Below, piece by piece: positions 1 through 10,482 of a stretch of DNA of 64,000 nt. Made by a program: the position numbers and the translations under genes. The stretch covers positions 256,001 through 320,000 of the forward strand of contig OZ250183.1 of assembly GCA_965238225.1 (NCBI GenBank), given 5' to 3'. This stretch comes from Gammaproteobacteria bacterium (GTDB lineage: Bacteria > Pseudomonadota > Gammaproteobacteria > Eutrophobiales > Eutrophobiaceae). The notes beneath the pieces are model-generated. The model did not search any database. It had not been told where the DNA came from and was given only the letters and a program-made list of their open reading frames with translations. Every line of letters begins with the position of its first letter. The stretch's first letter is position 1.

Positions 1-1
1 T

Positions 2-229
2 ACCGGGGCAATGCATTTATGTTATGCAGTAGGCACTCCAGTAGTTGCCCTTTTTTCAACGCGAGATCTGTCCGACAAGTGGCACCCGCCCAAGCGCGGA
101 AATAAGGTAATTGAAAAAACGATAGAATGTAGCTTCTGCCTTAAAACCACATGTTCAAATAATATTTGTATGACTTCCATCCTACCAGAGGAGGTGTACG
201 ATTCATTGTCTCAGTTAAACAACCCTTAA
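2..229 (+). CDS. Glycosyltransferase family 9 (heptosyltransferase-like), 3' part; gene starts before the window
   Basis: TGAMHLCYAVGTPVVALF followed by Cys-rich C-x2-C...C...CM tail, typical of the GT9 C-terminus. Confidence 0.8.
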   Translation, partial: TGAMHLCYAVGTPVVALFSTRDLSDKWHPPKRGNKVIEKTIECSFCLKTTCSNNICMTSILPEEVYDSLSQLNNP

Positions 230-252
230 AGAAACATTTTAACCAATCATTT

Positions 253-1194
253 CTAATCCACATGACCGTCATGGCGCAGCCTTTGCAGGACATCATCGAC
301 TTGAATGTTGGATATGCTTGGAGCGGTGCTGTCCATACTAATAACACACCTCTCCTGCGCAAGCGCATGAGCCCTGCGCCAATTTATTGAGCCAAAGAGA
401 CCATAGACCGGAATCATAGAGCAAGAAAGGATATGCATCGGCGCAGAATCATTGGTAACAGCGAAGCATGCCTGTTTGCCCAATTCGGCGAGTTGTAAAA
501 TTTCAAATGCATTGCTTGCATCAAAGCCTATTTGTGTTGAGAGTTTACGGTTAGTTTCAATATCATCTTTACCTCCTATCCATAGGATTTTATAGGACTG
601 TCTCTCAAGAGCTTTAGCAAGCTCGCCAAAATGAGGCCAGCGTTTTTCAGGATGTCTTGCGCTTGAGCCTGCATGTAAAAGAACCAGTTTCTTACCAAAA
701 AAATTGTTCTTGTTAAGCCAGGATTTTACAAAAGATGCAGCGTGCTTATCTTTGGGAAGCCATGGGCGTTGCGGCGCAGGGGGAATATTAGCACTAGCTA
801 GAATCTGATTGTACCTTTCAAAAGCATGACATTGCCCCACGTGTGGCTCAGCAGGGTGGATATGATAAGGGAAGCGGGGATGATTGCCGACTCTCCTAGG
901 AATGCCTGAGAATGCAGAGAGAATACTTGTACGATCATTGGATTGTATATCATATAGAACGTCGAATTTATGCTGGCGTATCCAATGAAGAGAACGAGGG
1001 ATAGAAAAAATCCCCTGTCTCGAGAGAGCGAAAACGTCCAAGCCGCCCCAGTTTTTGAATAAATTAAAAAAAAACGGCGTTGTAAGCAGCCACAACTTGT
1101 CGTGACAATGATGATGCTGTATTTGTTTGATTATAGGAGTCGCCATAATAATATCTCCCAATGCTCCAAGTTTTATAATAAGTATCTTGGACAT
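253..1194 (-). CDS. Glycosyltransferase family 9 (ADP-heptose:LPS heptosyltransferase-like)
   Basis: N-terminal KILIIKLGALGD, HAGSS...KRWP and TNDSAPMH motifs. Confidence 0.9.
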   Translation of the reverse strand: MSKILIIKLGALGDIIMATPIIKQIQHHHCHDKLWLLTTPFFFNLFKNWGGLDVFALSRQGIFSIPRSLHWIRQHKFDVLYDIQSNDRTSILSAFSGIPRRVGNHPRFPYHIHPAEPHVGQCHAFERYNQILASANIPPAPQRPWLPKDKHAASFVKSWLNKNNFFGKKLVLLHAGSSARHPEKRWPHFGELAKALERQSYKILWIGGKDDIETNRKLSTQIGFDASNAFEILQLAELGKQACFAVTNDSAPMHILSCSMIPVYGLFGSINWRRAHALAQERCVISMDSTAPSISNIQVDDVLQRLRHDGHVD

Positions 1195-2450
1195 TATCCT
1201 AAGGGTTTATTCCAACGGTGCGTGTAAACGATAAAAAACGGGATGACCCACCAAATAGCAGACGACCAATAAGAGCCATAGAATGCAAAATGTGTATTGT
1301 AAGGGAGAGTCGCTACCATGACAGCAATTAACCAAGGTGCCTCGTAAGCACGGTTTTGTTTTGATAGCCTTCTTGCATAGCCTGCAAGAACTATCCAAAA
1401 GAATAAATAACCAAAAAGACCAACAGTGCCAGTTTCGACCGCTATCTCCAGTACAACAAGGTGTGGGTGGGTGGTTCCATTTCGACCATCTATTATCCAA
1501 AAATTATCTTCAGGGGCATAGGTTTTGTACACATAACGAAAGCCTCTGGCACCTACGCCATTTACCCAATGAGATTTCGCAGCTATCAACCCAGTTTCCC
1601 AGATAGACAGTCGTCGTGCCGTTGCTTTGTCCATTAATTCATAATCGCCACTGAACAAACCAGAGGTAACTTTAAGTTTGTTTTTTAAGGGGGTATAACC
1701 CAACACAAGCGATGTGAGAATAAGAATTGTCAAAATACAGGGAACTAATAGTTTTTTCCATTCATTTTCCATTGAAATAAATATTAAGTACATCGTGTAC
1801 AATGTTCCTGCGCTGAGAAACATAATCCATGCTGCACGTTTTCCCCCAAGCAGCAAAACACAAAGATAAAGAAGAAAGCACAGACACACCCATAGTTTAT
1901 TTTTGTGTTGACGCAGATACTCAAAATAAACAGGCGACAGTAGAGCAAGAAAATGGGGGAGTGTGTTTTTAGGATAAAACATACCGCCCAAAAGAGGGGG
2001 CGAGTAAGGATATCCAAATAAATTTTGACCAGTAAAAAATTGTAACATGGCGTCAAGACAAAAAAAAGTTAGGGTGACGAAGATACCAAAAACAACTTTT
2101 TTTAGTATAATGGCACTTCTAAATTCATCTATGATATAGATGCCTACAAAGATGTAACGAACATAAAGAAAAACTGTTTTTGATGATCGGTATATTGCTT
2201 CAGCATCTATTAAAGAAAACAGCATTGGTATCCATAGACAAGCAAAAAGCAGGCATAATAATTGTATTTGTGGTAGTTTAAATAAGGCAGGGTTTTTAGC
2301 TGCGCGATAAAACCCTAGAATAGCCATTATTGCCATGGGAAAATTAAACAAAGCCTTGGTTGAGAATAAAAACAGAGCCGACAAAATTAAAAGTACTGAC
2401 CCGTTATTTTTTATCCAATCCAAAATTACTTGTAATACATTTTTTATCAT
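1194..2450 (-). CDS. O-antigen ligase (WaaL/Wzy_C) family membrane protein
   Basis: Multi-TM protein with GKRAAW, RLSIW..G....W.NGVG.RGF and HPH..LEI..ETG..G motifs; LPS cluster context. Confidence 0.85.
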   Translation of the reverse strand: MIKNVLQVILDWIKNNGSVLLILSALFLFSTKALFNFPMAIMAILGFYRAAKNPALFKLPQIQLLCLLFACLWIPMLFSLIDAEAIYRSSKTVFLYVRYIFVGIYIIDEFRSAIILKKVVFGIFVTLTFFCLDAMLQFFTGQNLFGYPYSPPLLGGMFYPKNTLPHFLALLSPVYFEYLRQHKNKLWVCLCFLLYLCVLLLGGKRAAWIMFLSAGTLYTMYLIFISMENEWKKLLVPCILTILILTSLVLGYTPLKNKLKVTSGLFSGDYELMDKATARRLSIWETGLIAAKSHWVNGVGARGFRYVYKTYAPEDNFWIIDGRNGTTHPHLVVLEIAVETGTVGLFGYLFFWIVLAGYARRLSKQNRAYEAPWLIAVMVATLPYNTHFAFYGSYWSSAIWWVIPFFIVYTHRWNKPLG

Positions 2451-2653
2451 CTATCTAAAGTCTACCCTGTCTTGTGTTAAGTTTTTGTCAGAATCAACAA
2501 AAATATGTTACGGCAGTAGAATGGGTTTTTAATTGGCATATGCTATTCGTCAGCATGGCATGAAGACTATGATGAGCTAGCGAGAAAAACTAAATCTATT
2601 GAACGGCGCACGGCATCTATATTTTATTAAACATCAAGCTACATATTAAAAAA

Positions 2654-3778
2654 TTACTCGCGACAGTAAAGCGACAAAGTATCTTCAAGCATTTTATCAA
2701 GCGTAAAAAAATTTTTGTCTACTACTGCTATTGGTTCTTTGTAAAAGGAGATAATTCTGTCGCAGACAGCGCCAATATCATTTGGCTCAACACGACCTTG
2801 AGGATACATTTTCGCCAGTACTTCAGCAGCACCGCCATGATCGTAAGCGACTACTGGCGTACCCAGACACAATGCTTCTAAAGCGGTTAGTCCAAAGGCC
2901 TCAGGAACTTTGGACAGAGACAAAGCAACATCCGAAATAGACATGATTTCTTTGACATCATTTCTGTTCCCCAGAAATGTAATTTCTTTTTCTATCCCAA
3001 GTTTCTGCGCCTTATTTTTCAGTTCATTGAGATAAGATTTTTTTTGTTTATGAGCTCCGCCTATGACCAAGCCATGCACAGGTATATTCTGCTGTTTAAG
3101 GTAATTTAAAATACCAAGAAAATCTTCATGTCCTTTTCTTCGGCTAATGCGGCCAGGTAGAGCCAAAATAAATTTATTCGAGAGAGTCGAATGTTGTGCA
3201 CGCCAGCTTTCCAACCAGCTTTTATTGGCCTTATAAGCAAAGGGAAATTCTGTTTTTGATACGCCTCTATGGATTAGTGTAATTTTATTTTTATCAACAT
3301 CAGGATAATTTTTTGCAATGTATTTTACAATAAAATCAGAGACAGCAATGACATCCTGCCCTTTTGTCATTATTTTGCTGTATGCATTGACGCTATAAGC
3401 CCCATGCACGGTAGTAATAAACCTTGGTCTGTGCGCCTTGTCCATCCTGTTCCAGGCGAGATAAGCCAGCCAGCCAGGGAAACGAGAACAAGCGTGGATG
3501 ATGTCGATACTTTCTTCACTAAAATATCTACGAAGATGAGCAATGTGTCTTAGAGATAAAAGAGATTTTTTGCCAATGTCTAGCCGTATATGTTTACTGC
3601 CACAGCTAACAAGTTCGTCAACCAGACTGCCACCAGCCGAGATAATAATGGAGCAGTGTCCGCGCCTGACTAATTCTTTTGCAACATCCAGAGTGCCACG
3701 CTCAACGCCACCGACTTCCAAAGCTGGAAGCAGTTGAATAACATTCAAGCGTTTTTGACTCTGGATTTTAGAACTCAT
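2654..3778 (-). CDS. Glycosyltransferase family 4
   Basis: GGVERGT, GRISRRKG and EAFGLTALEA (EX7E) GT-B motifs. Confidence 0.9.
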   Translation of the reverse strand: MSSKIQSQKRLNVIQLLPALEVGGVERGTLDVAKELVRRGHCSIIISAGGSLVDELVSCGSKHIRLDIGKKSLLSLRHIAHLRRYFSEESIDIIHACSRFPGWLAYLAWNRMDKAHRPRFITTVHGAYSVNAYSKIMTKGQDVIAVSDFIVKYIAKNYPDVDKNKITLIHRGVSKTEFPFAYKANKSWLESWRAQHSTLSNKFILALPGRISRRKGHEDFLGILNYLKQQNIPVHGLVIGGAHKQKKSYLNELKNKAQKLGIEKEITFLGNRNDVKEIMSISDVALSLSKVPEAFGLTALEALCLGTPVVAYDHGGAAEVLAKMYPQGRVEPNDIGAVCDRIISFYKEPIAVVDKNFFTLDKMLEDTLSLYCRE

Positions 3779-3813
3779 ACTCTAAGATAAAGTTTCACAG
3801 GCACATTTTAAGT

Positions 3814-4746
3814 TTAAGATAAAAAGCCAGCTTCATGGAGTCGTTCAGCACAACGTTTTGCCTCATTGAGTACTGTAATGGGTTTGTTGAGCGTTCGTTC
3901 AACGAACCACTTACTGTATGGTGTTACCATTTTCTCTTCGACAAGGCTCGCGATATTATTTGAAAGTTTGCTTGTATTTTTAGTTGGCACATCAAGTAAG
4001 CCAACTGCTGCGCCTGAGGTGAGGGATTCATATATCATCGAGATGTTATCCATACTTACCCACACATTGGTGACAAGACTGAGTTGCCTGGCAACCCATC
4101 CTGACCCTGTGCCTGAGTAATTTTTATATTCTGCATTAGATTCATGCAGCGTCTTTAATAGATTGCTTGTTGCATGAGGTGTGCGCGCCGAGTCAGATAT
4201 TTCCCATTGAACATCAATATGCGTCGTTAGAATTTCCTTTATTTGCTGTATGGTATGCTTACTGTCCCAATGAAAATGTTTTGATGGCCCGCCGATTAAT
4301 ATTAAACCACGGTTATTTATTTGTTCGACTGAAGGGATAATATTATTTATCATGCCTTTTGTAACAACAATATTGTCAGCCATTCTCGGATTATCATATT
4401 CTGGAATAAAACAAAAATCGAAACAACTGGCAGGAATGCTGGGTTTCATAATAACTATAGTTTTGCCACCACGAGAACGCTTTGCGCAGAGTAAAGGCAG
4501 GTGTGTTCCGCGCCCTGCACCAACAATTATATCCGGATCTGGTAATTCCTTTGGTGCTGGAAATTTTTTTAAAAAGAAATCCAAAAGACTAGGCTTTCCG
4601 TCAGCTAATTTAATATCGTGGCAATAACAGGGTTTGATAGAATTTAATGCTTTAATCAGGCCTTTGCTTTGTGTGTCATGCCCTGCCCGCCCGTCGCTTA
4701 CCCGCCAAATTACGGGTGTTTTTTTAGGCTTAGCCATCGTTTTCAA
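3814..4746 (-). CDS. ELM1-like (mitochondrial fission ELM1 family) protein, putative GT-B fold
   Basis: SDGRAGHDTQS.GL, LIGGPSKH, SART and D.ISMIYE...SG motifs. Confidence 0.8.
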   Translation of the reverse strand: MKTMAKPKKTPVIWRVSDGRAGHDTQSKGLIKALNSIKPCYCHDIKLADGKPSLLDFFLKKFPAPKELPDPDIIVGAGRGTHLPLLCAKRSRGGKTIVIMKPSIPASCFDFCFIPEYDNPRMADNIVVTKGMINNIIPSVEQINNRGLILIGGPSKHFHWDSKHTIQQIKEILTTHIDVQWEISDSARTPHATSNLLKTLHESNAEYKNYSGTGSGWVARQLSLVTNVWVSMDNISMIYESLTSGAAVGLLDVPTKNTSKLSNNIASLVEEKMVTPYSKWFVERTLNKPITVLNEAKRCAERLHEAGFLS

Positions 4747-4760
4747 AGAATCTTGGTTGA

Positions 4761-4961
4761 TTATTCATCATCTTTCAGTAAAAAATTTGTTCCACAATAA
4801 GGACATGTTGCTTGACCATTTTTCTCAATTGGTAAAAAAACGCGAGGGTGTGAATTCCACAGGCTCATATTTGTTGTCGGACAATGTATGGGTAGTTGCG
4901 AACGACTAATCTTAAAAATCTTTCTGTCATTAGGCGTTTTTAATGTCTGATAATCGTTCAT
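4761..4961 (-). CDS. Zinc-finger (zf-CHCC) domain protein
   Basis: HCP...WNSHPRVFL....CPYCG; usual position downstream of ilvE. Confidence 0.85.
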   Translation of the reverse strand: MNDYQTLKTPNDRKIFKISRSQLPIHCPTTNMSLWNSHPRVFLPIEKNGQATCPYCGTNFLLKDDE

Positions 4962-4971
4962 GGAGCCTCCT

Positions 4972-5892
4972 TTATACGTAACTTAACCATTCTGGCTTGT
5001 GTTCATAACGCCCATACACAAGATCAAAATAGTCTTTTTGCAGCATTTTTGTAATTGAGCCACGATAGCCTGCGCCAATTGCGCGCCCATCCAGTTCACG
5101 AATTGGCGTTACCTCTGCGGCTGTTCCGGTGAAGAAAGCCTCATCTGCAACATATATTTCGTCCCTAGTAATTCTTTTTTCGCGAACCTCCAAACCTTTT
5201 TTCTTGGCTAGAATGAAGATCGTGTCTCTGGTAATGCCTTCCAGTGCGGAAGTTAGATCCGGCGTGTAAAGGATGCCATTGCGCACTATAAAAATATTTT
5301 CGCCACTACCTTCCGAAACATAACCCTCGCTGTCAAGCAGCAGGGCTTCATCATAACCACAGCCCACAGCCTCTTGCAATGCCAACATGGAGTTTAAGTA
5401 ATTACCATTTGCCTTGGCTTTGCACATCGTGATATTGACATGGTGACGAGTGTAAGAGGATGTCTTGATGCGAATCCCTTTTTCCATACCTTCGTTACCA
5501 AGATAAGAGCCCCATGACCATGCGGCAACCATAGCATGAACCTTTAGTTTGTCAGTACGTAGACCCATGTCCTCTGACCCATAAAAGCACATGGGGCGGA
5601 TATAGGCAGAGCCCAGCTCGTTTTTGTCGACCGATTCAAGGCAGGCTTTATTGATGGTTCCTTTATCAAAAGGCATAGGCAGACCTAGAATATGCGCTGA
5701 GCGAAAAAGTCTGTCAACGTGCTCCTGTAAACGGAATATAGCAGTGCCTTTTTTTGCACGATAGGCACGCAGACCCTCAAATACGCCCATGCCATAGTGT
5801 AGAGTGTGTGTCAGGACGTGGATTTTTGCCTCTCTCCAAGGGACAAATTCTCCATCCATCCAGATAACACCATCAACATCATCCATTGTCAT
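4972..5892 (-). CDS. ilvE: Branched-chain amino acid aminotransferase
   Basis: HYGMGVFEG, AKANGNY (PLP Lys), EGSGEN, LEGITR, GTAAE; AAGGAG RBS before ATG 5892. Confidence 0.97.
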   Translation of the reverse strand: MTMDDVDGVIWMDGEFVPWREAKIHVLTHTLHYGMGVFEGLRAYRAKKGTAIFRLQEHVDRLFRSAHILGLPMPFDKGTINKACLESVDKNELGSAYIRPMCFYGSEDMGLRTDKLKVHAMVAAWSWGSYLGNEGMEKGIRIKTSSYTRHHVNITMCKAKANGNYLNSMLALQEAVGCGYDEALLLDSEGYVSEGSGENIFIVRNGILYTPDLTSALEGITRDTIFILAKKKGLEVREKRITRDEIYVADEAFFTGTAAEVTPIRELDGRAIGAGYRGSITKMLQKDYFDLVYGRYEHKPEWLSYV

Positions 5893-6052
5893 GCGATATC
5901 TCCTTATGCGTTTTGCATGTAAAATCATTTTTTATGCTGGCTTCATATTGCATTATAAATTTAAAGGAAGTAACAGCACTTGTATTTTTTTGATTCTTCC
6001 TGCCAGAGTAGGGTAAGCTTAACTCATAATCAATCGTTGGATTTAATCATTA

Positions 6053-6481
6053 ATGTCTGAAACCAATATAAAAGGGATATCCTCGCAGAAAGCATGGGAG
6101 ATTCTTGAGTCTGACCCGCAGGCGGTTTTGTTGGATGTAAGAACGAACATGGAATATGAGTATGTGGGACACCCACTTAATGCTTTGAACATCCCTTGGA
6201 TGAATGCCCCGGACTGGAAGGTAGATACAGGGTTTGTGGACAAGGTTCGCCAAACGCTGCAGAAAAAATCAGGGGCATCAGACGAGAGCCTTGAGTCTGT
6301 CGCCATATTGGCAATTTGTAGAAGCGGCAAGCGGTCTCTGGCAGCAGCAGCAGAGCTTGCTCGTTGGGGGTTTAGCAACCTTTATAATATTGAGGATGGC
6401 TTCGAAGGCGATCTAGATAATAAACGTAGAAGTACCGTTAACGGGTGGAAGTTCTCAGGCCTGCCATGGGAGCAATCTTGA
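6053..6481 (+). CDS. Single-domain rhodanese-like protein
   Basis: LLDVRT..EY..VGH, active-site CRSGKRS, GFEGD...GW...GLPW. Confidence 0.9.
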   Translation: MSETNIKGISSQKAWEILESDPQAVLLDVRTNMEYEYVGHPLNALNIPWMNAPDWKVDTGFVDKVRQTLQKKSGASDESLESVAILAICRSGKRSLAAAAELARWGFSNLYNIEDGFEGDLDNKRRSTVNGWKFSGLPWEQS

Positions 6482-6494
6482 AATAATAGTTTAT

Positions 6495-6564
6495 GGGGCT
6501 GTCCCAGATAACCAACCCATTTTGCCCTCGATAATACATTTTAGGTATCATCTGGGACAGCCCC
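6495..6564. mobile_element. 70-bp MITE with IS1016 (IS1595-family)-like ends
   Basis: Perfect 15-bp terminal inverted repeat GGGGCTGTCCCAGAT (6495-6509) / ATCTGGGACAGCCCC (6550-6564), flanked by near-identical 8-mers TAGTTTAT (6487-6494) and TAGTTTTT (6565-6572). Confidence 0.75.
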
Positions 6565-6571
6565 TAGTTTT

Positions 6572-7363
6572 TCACTTGTCTTCTTGACTAAATGTATCTG
6601 CGCGCGCTGGTATCCTGCGACTAAAAAAAAGACCTGCTTCAAACAATAGCCAAACCGGAAGCGCCAATAATACTTGGGAAATAATGTCTGGCGGTGTCAA
6701 CAACATCCCCAGAACAAAAGCGAACACAATGACATAGGGTCTGTTTCTTTTTAATGTTTCAACTGAGGTGATGCCGCTCCAGATCAATAGTGCCGTTGCC
6801 ACAGGTACCTCAAACGCTAACCCAAAGGCAAAAAATAGTGTCAAGACAAAATCCAGATAATGGCTAATATCTGTCATGACTGTAACCCCAGAAGGCGTAA
6901 CGGCAGTAAAAAAGCCGAAGATTAATGGAAAAACTACAAAATAGGCAAATGCAGTCCCTGCATAAAACAACAAAATGCTGCTCATAAGCAAAGGTCGAGC
7001 AAGACGCTGTTCTTGTTCATAAAGACCCGGCGCAATAAAGCCCCAGACTTGGGCAAGCAGATAGGGCACGGAAATAAAAATGGCAGCAAACAGTGTAAGT
7101 TTAAAGGGTGCCATAAAAGGCGCGGCAACTTCAGTTGCAATCATAGTGCTTTCAGGTGCAAGCTGTTCAATCAATGGCGCAGCAATCAGGCTATAAATAT
7201 CATTGGCAAAATAGAACAGACTAAAAAAAACAAGCAAAATGACACCAAGCCCCTTCAGAAGTCTTGTGCGCAACTCTATGAGATGCGTTACGAAAGGCCG
7301 AGGTTTTTCGTTATCATTAATAACATCGTCGTTTTGGTTGTTTGCGGACATGCCGAGACTCAC
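6572..7363 (-). CDS. tatC: Twin-arginine translocase subunit TatC
   Basis: [30 protein letters not shown] motifs. Confidence 0.97.
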   Translation of the reverse strand: MSLGMSANNQNDDVINDNEKPRPFVTHLIELRTRLLKGLGVILLVFFSLFYFANDIYSLIAAPLIEQLAPESTMIATEVAAPFMAPFKLTLFAAIFISVPYLLAQVWGFIAPGLYEQEQRLARPLLMSSILLFYAGTAFAYFVVFPLIFGFFTAVTPSGVTVMTDISHYLDFVLTLFFAFGLAFEVPVATALLIWSGITSVETLKRNRPYVIVFAFVLGMLLTPPDIISQVLLALPVWLLFEAGLFFSRRIPARADTFSQEDK

Positions 7364-7368
7364 AGGCT

Positions 7369-7650
7369 CTAGTTTTTGTTGAGGTGTTTTGATTTGGTAG
7401 AAAAATCAGGATCTTGATCTGGTGCGTTTTTTATCAGATCGTTAAGATCGTCCAGCTGTCGCTTAAAGACCTTACTTTCATCTATTAATAATTCTTGTTT
7501 TAATTCTCTTTGCAGGTTGTTTATCAAGCGCCGAAATTTACTTAAGTATTTATCCGCCCGCTGCGCAAAACTAGGAAGCCTGTCTGGCCCCACAACTAGC
7601 AACGCAACGGTCGCGATTACAACGATCTCCCAAAAACCAATGTCAAACAT
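7369..7650 (-). CDS. tatB: Twin-arginine translocase subunit TatB (short)
   Basis: MFDIGFWE....[12 protein letters not shown]-terminus. Confidence 0.93.
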   Translation of the reverse strand: MFDIGFWEIVVIATVALLVVGPDRLPSFAQRADKYLSKFRRLINNLQRELKQELLIDESKVFKRQLDDLNDLIKNAPDQDPDFSTKSKHLNKN

Positions 7651-7785
7651 AGAATGTCGCTTGGAAAACCAATTTAAGCAGATTGCTGAAGTAGTTTGGA
7701 GGAATTAAAATTTTACACGCTCCAAGTAAGAGTAAAGAAGAGTTCGTTTGATTGTGGTTTGTTTAATCAGGTATTCACAAGTTCT

Positions 7786-8019
7786 TTATTTGCCTGTCGT
7801 TTTATCGATCTCGCCTTCAATAGTTTGCCTGTCATTTTCTTTGTTTTGTTTGTTGTCCATATTCTCAGCGTGTTCTGTTTCATCGACATCTTTCATCGCG
7901 CCACGGAAACTCTTAATGGCGCTGCCCAAGTCACTGCCCAAGCTGCGCAGTTTCTTTGTGCCGAAAAGTAAAATGACAACGACGAGGATAATGACTAACT
8001 CTTTCATGCCGAAACCCAT
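7786..8019 (-). CDS. tatA: Twin-arginine translocase subunit TatA
   Basis: LLFGTKKLRSLGSDLG.AIKSFR. Confidence 0.95.
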   Translation of the reverse strand: MGFGMKELVIILVVVILLFGTKKLRSLGSDLGSAIKSFRGAMKDVDETEHAENMDNKQNKENDRQTIEGEIDKTTGK

Positions 8020-8066
8020 AATTTTATCTTCCCATTTGCTTTATTAAGTAATAACGCAAAAACTGT

Positions 8067-8387
8067 TTATTTTTTACGCTGGGCTTTTTCTTCAAGTCCT
8101 GATAGACCAAACCTTTGATTCAGTTCTGATAATACGTCATCAGGACTTAAGTCTTGATGCGCCAACATGATAAGCATGTGAAACCACAAATCTGCCGTCT
8201 CATGAATTATAGCGTCTTTTTCGCCTGATTTCGCAGCAATCACGACCTCAGTAGCCTCTTCGCCAATTTTTTTCAGGATTTCATCTAAACCTTTATCATA
8301 GAGCGAGGCCACATAGGAAGAATCTGGTGATGCATTTTTTCTTCTTTCTAGGGTCTTGGTCAGTTTACTAAGGACATCATCCGTCAT
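8067..8387 (-). CDS. hisE: Phosphoribosyl-ATP pyrophosphohydrolase
   Basis: [32 protein letters not shown]. Confidence 0.96.
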   Translation of the reverse strand: MTDDVLSKLTKTLERRKNASPDSSYVASLYDKGLDEILKKIGEEATEVVIAAKSGEKDAIIHETADLWFHMLIMLAHQDLSPDDVLSELNQRFGLSGLEEKAQRKK

Positions 8388-8469
8388 ATTTTAAGGTCGC
8401 AAGGCAATGAAGATATTTCTAAAAGGTACTTGGGAAATTATATCGCTGTAGTAGATCTATTTACAGACA

Positions 8470-8871
8470 TCATTTTTTATAAATTTCTTCAGGATCTTTA
8501 ATAATGGTATCAATGGTTATCCATTGATTGTTTTCAAGCTGTTGATGAAAGCAACGCGCCCGTCCTGTATGACAAGCAATGCCGCCTAGCTGCTCAACCT
8601 TGATGAGTAACGCGTCATTATCACAATCAAGCAGGATATCCTTGATGATTTGCTGATATCCGGACTCTTCTCCCTTGCGCCATAGTTTTTTTCTAGAACG
8701 AGACCAAAAGACCGCACGAGCCTCTTTTTGGCTTAAAGCTAAGGCCTCACGGTTCATCCAAGCCTGAGTTAGAACATTGCCCGTTTCAAAGTCCTGAGCA
8801 ATGACTGGAATCAGACCATCAGCATTCCATTTAATCGCATCTAGCCATGCTTGGTTTTCTGAGGAAGACAT
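8470..8871 (-). CDS. hisI: Phosphoribosyl-AMP cyclohydrolase
   Basis: WSRSR..LW.KGEESG, DCDND, ACHTG..RCF. Confidence 0.96.
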   Translation of the reverse strand: MSSSENQAWLDAIKWNADGLIPVIAQDFETGNVLTQAWMNREALALSQKEARAVFWSRSRKKLWRKGEESGYQQIIKDILLDCDNDALLIKVEQLGGIACHTGRARCFHQQLENNQWITIDTIIKDPEEIYKK

Positions 8872-9644
8872 TAGTTGCGTACCTCAATCCCACGTTGGCT
8901 CATAATATCCTTCGCCTCTTGTACAGTATATTCGCCAAAGTGAAAAATGCTCGCAGCCAAAACGGCATCAGCGCGGCCTTCAATGACACCATCTGCCAAA
9001 TGTTCAAGACATCCTACGCCGCCTGAGGCGATGACAGGAATATTAACTGCTTCGCTGATAGCTCTGGTTAATTCCAGATCGAAGCCATCACGCGTGCCAT
9101 CTTTATCCATGCTGGTCAGTAATATTTCTCCAGCACCTTGTTGCTCCATTTGCACAGCCCAGTAAATAGCGTCTATGCCTGTGGCATTTCTGCCTCCATG
9201 AGTAAATATTTTCCATTTTTTTGCTCCGTTTTCTGCCAAAGTGCATTTTGCATCAATGGCAACTACAATACATTGTGTGCCAAAATGAGCCGCAGCCTCG
9301 CCAACAAAACCTGAAATTTTGATTGCGGCAGTATTAATGCTGATTTTATCTGCGCCTGCAACCAGCAGGCGGCGTATGTCGTTTAGTGTGCGGATGCCGC
9401 CGCCTACCGTTAGAGGGATAAATACTTGGCTCGCCACTTGTTCAACTGTATGAACCATGGTATCTCGGTGATCACTGCTTGCGGTAATATCCAGAAAGGT
9501 AATTTCGTCAGCACCTTGTTCATCATAACGTCGGGCAACTTCAACAGGATCACCTGCGTCTCGTATGTCAACAAATTTAACGCCCTTGACGACACGGCCA
9601 GCATCAATATCAAGACAAGGAATAATGCGTTTCGCCAAAGTCAT
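8871..9644 (-). CDS. hisF: Imidazole glycerol phosphate synthase cyclase subunit
   Basis: [31 protein letters not shown]. Confidence 0.98.
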   Translation of the reverse strand: MTLAKRIIPCLDIDAGRVVKGVKFVDIRDAGDPVEVARRYDEQGADEITFLDITASSDHRDTMVHTVEQVASQVFIPLTVGGGIRTLNDIRRLLVAGADKISINTAAIKISGFVGEAAAHFGTQCIVVAIDAKCTLAENGAKKWKIFTHGGRNATGIDAIYWAVQMEQQGAGEILLTSMDKDGTRDGFDLELTRAISEAVNIPVIASGGVGCLEHLADGVIEGRADAVLAASIFHFGEYTVQEAKDIMSQRGIEVRN

Positions 9645-9657
9645 TTTTCAAGAATCA

Positions 9658-10407
9658 TTATTTTTTGGCGTTGGTACAGATTTCATCAGCAAGTTTTTGT
9701 GCTTCTGCAAAATCAAGCGTGCCTTCGTAGATTGCTCGTCCAATAATAGCGCCTTCGATTCCCTCTTGCGCACCCGCAGACAGTGAACGGATATCATGCA
9801 AGTTGGTAATACCTCCTGCGGCAATCACGGGAATAGCAATGTGTCTGCATAGTTCAATTGTTGCTTCGGTATTCACACTATTCATCATGCCATCGCGACT
9901 AATGTCGGTAAAAATTATAGAAACAATACCATCATTTTCAAAATGTTTGGCCATATCAAGCGCATCATGACGTGAGAGCTTTGACCAACCATCTGTTGCA
10001 ACCTTGCCCTCTTTGGTATCAAGGCCAACAATAATGTGTTCAGGAAATTCCAGACAAACATCCGCAACAAAGTGCGGCGCGGTGACAGCCTTGGTGCCGA
10101 TAATGACATAGCTGACACCAGCATTTAGATAGGCTTGAATGGTGTCCTCGTCACGAATCCCACCGCCAATTTGAATAGGGACATCTGGAAAGGCGGCAGC
10201 AATATCGTGTACCAGCTCTGCATTTATAGGTTTACCCGCTAATGCACCATCTAAATCAACCAAGTGCAGGCGCCTTGCCCCAGCAGCAACCCAGCGCTCA
10301 GCCATATCAAGGGGGTTGTTTGCGTAGATAGTTTCATCATCCATGCGACCCTGACGCAGACGCACACACTTGCCATCTTTAATGTCAATGGCTGGAATTA
10401 AAATCAT
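9658..10407 (-). CDS. hisA: ProFAR isomerase
   Basis: IPAIDIKDGKCVRL.QG, HLVDLDGA, GGGIR, TDI.RDG. Confidence 0.98.
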   Translation of the reverse strand: MILIPAIDIKDGKCVRLRQGRMDDETIYANNPLDMAERWVAAGARRLHLVDLDGALAGKPINAELVHDIAAAFPDVPIQIGGGIRDEDTIQAYLNAGVSYVIIGTKAVTAPHFVADVCLEFPEHIIVGLDTKEGKVATDGWSKLSRHDALDMAKHFENDGIVSIIFTDISRDGMMNSVNTEATIELCRHIAIPVIAAGGITNLHDIRSLSAGAQEGIEGAIIGRAIYEGTLDFAEAQKLADEICTNAKK

Positions 10408-10482
10408 GGCTATATCCTATCAGGCAATTATATAATTTTTTTGGGGGTTGTTTAGGAGAATAATTTACGGGAATGATACCTT

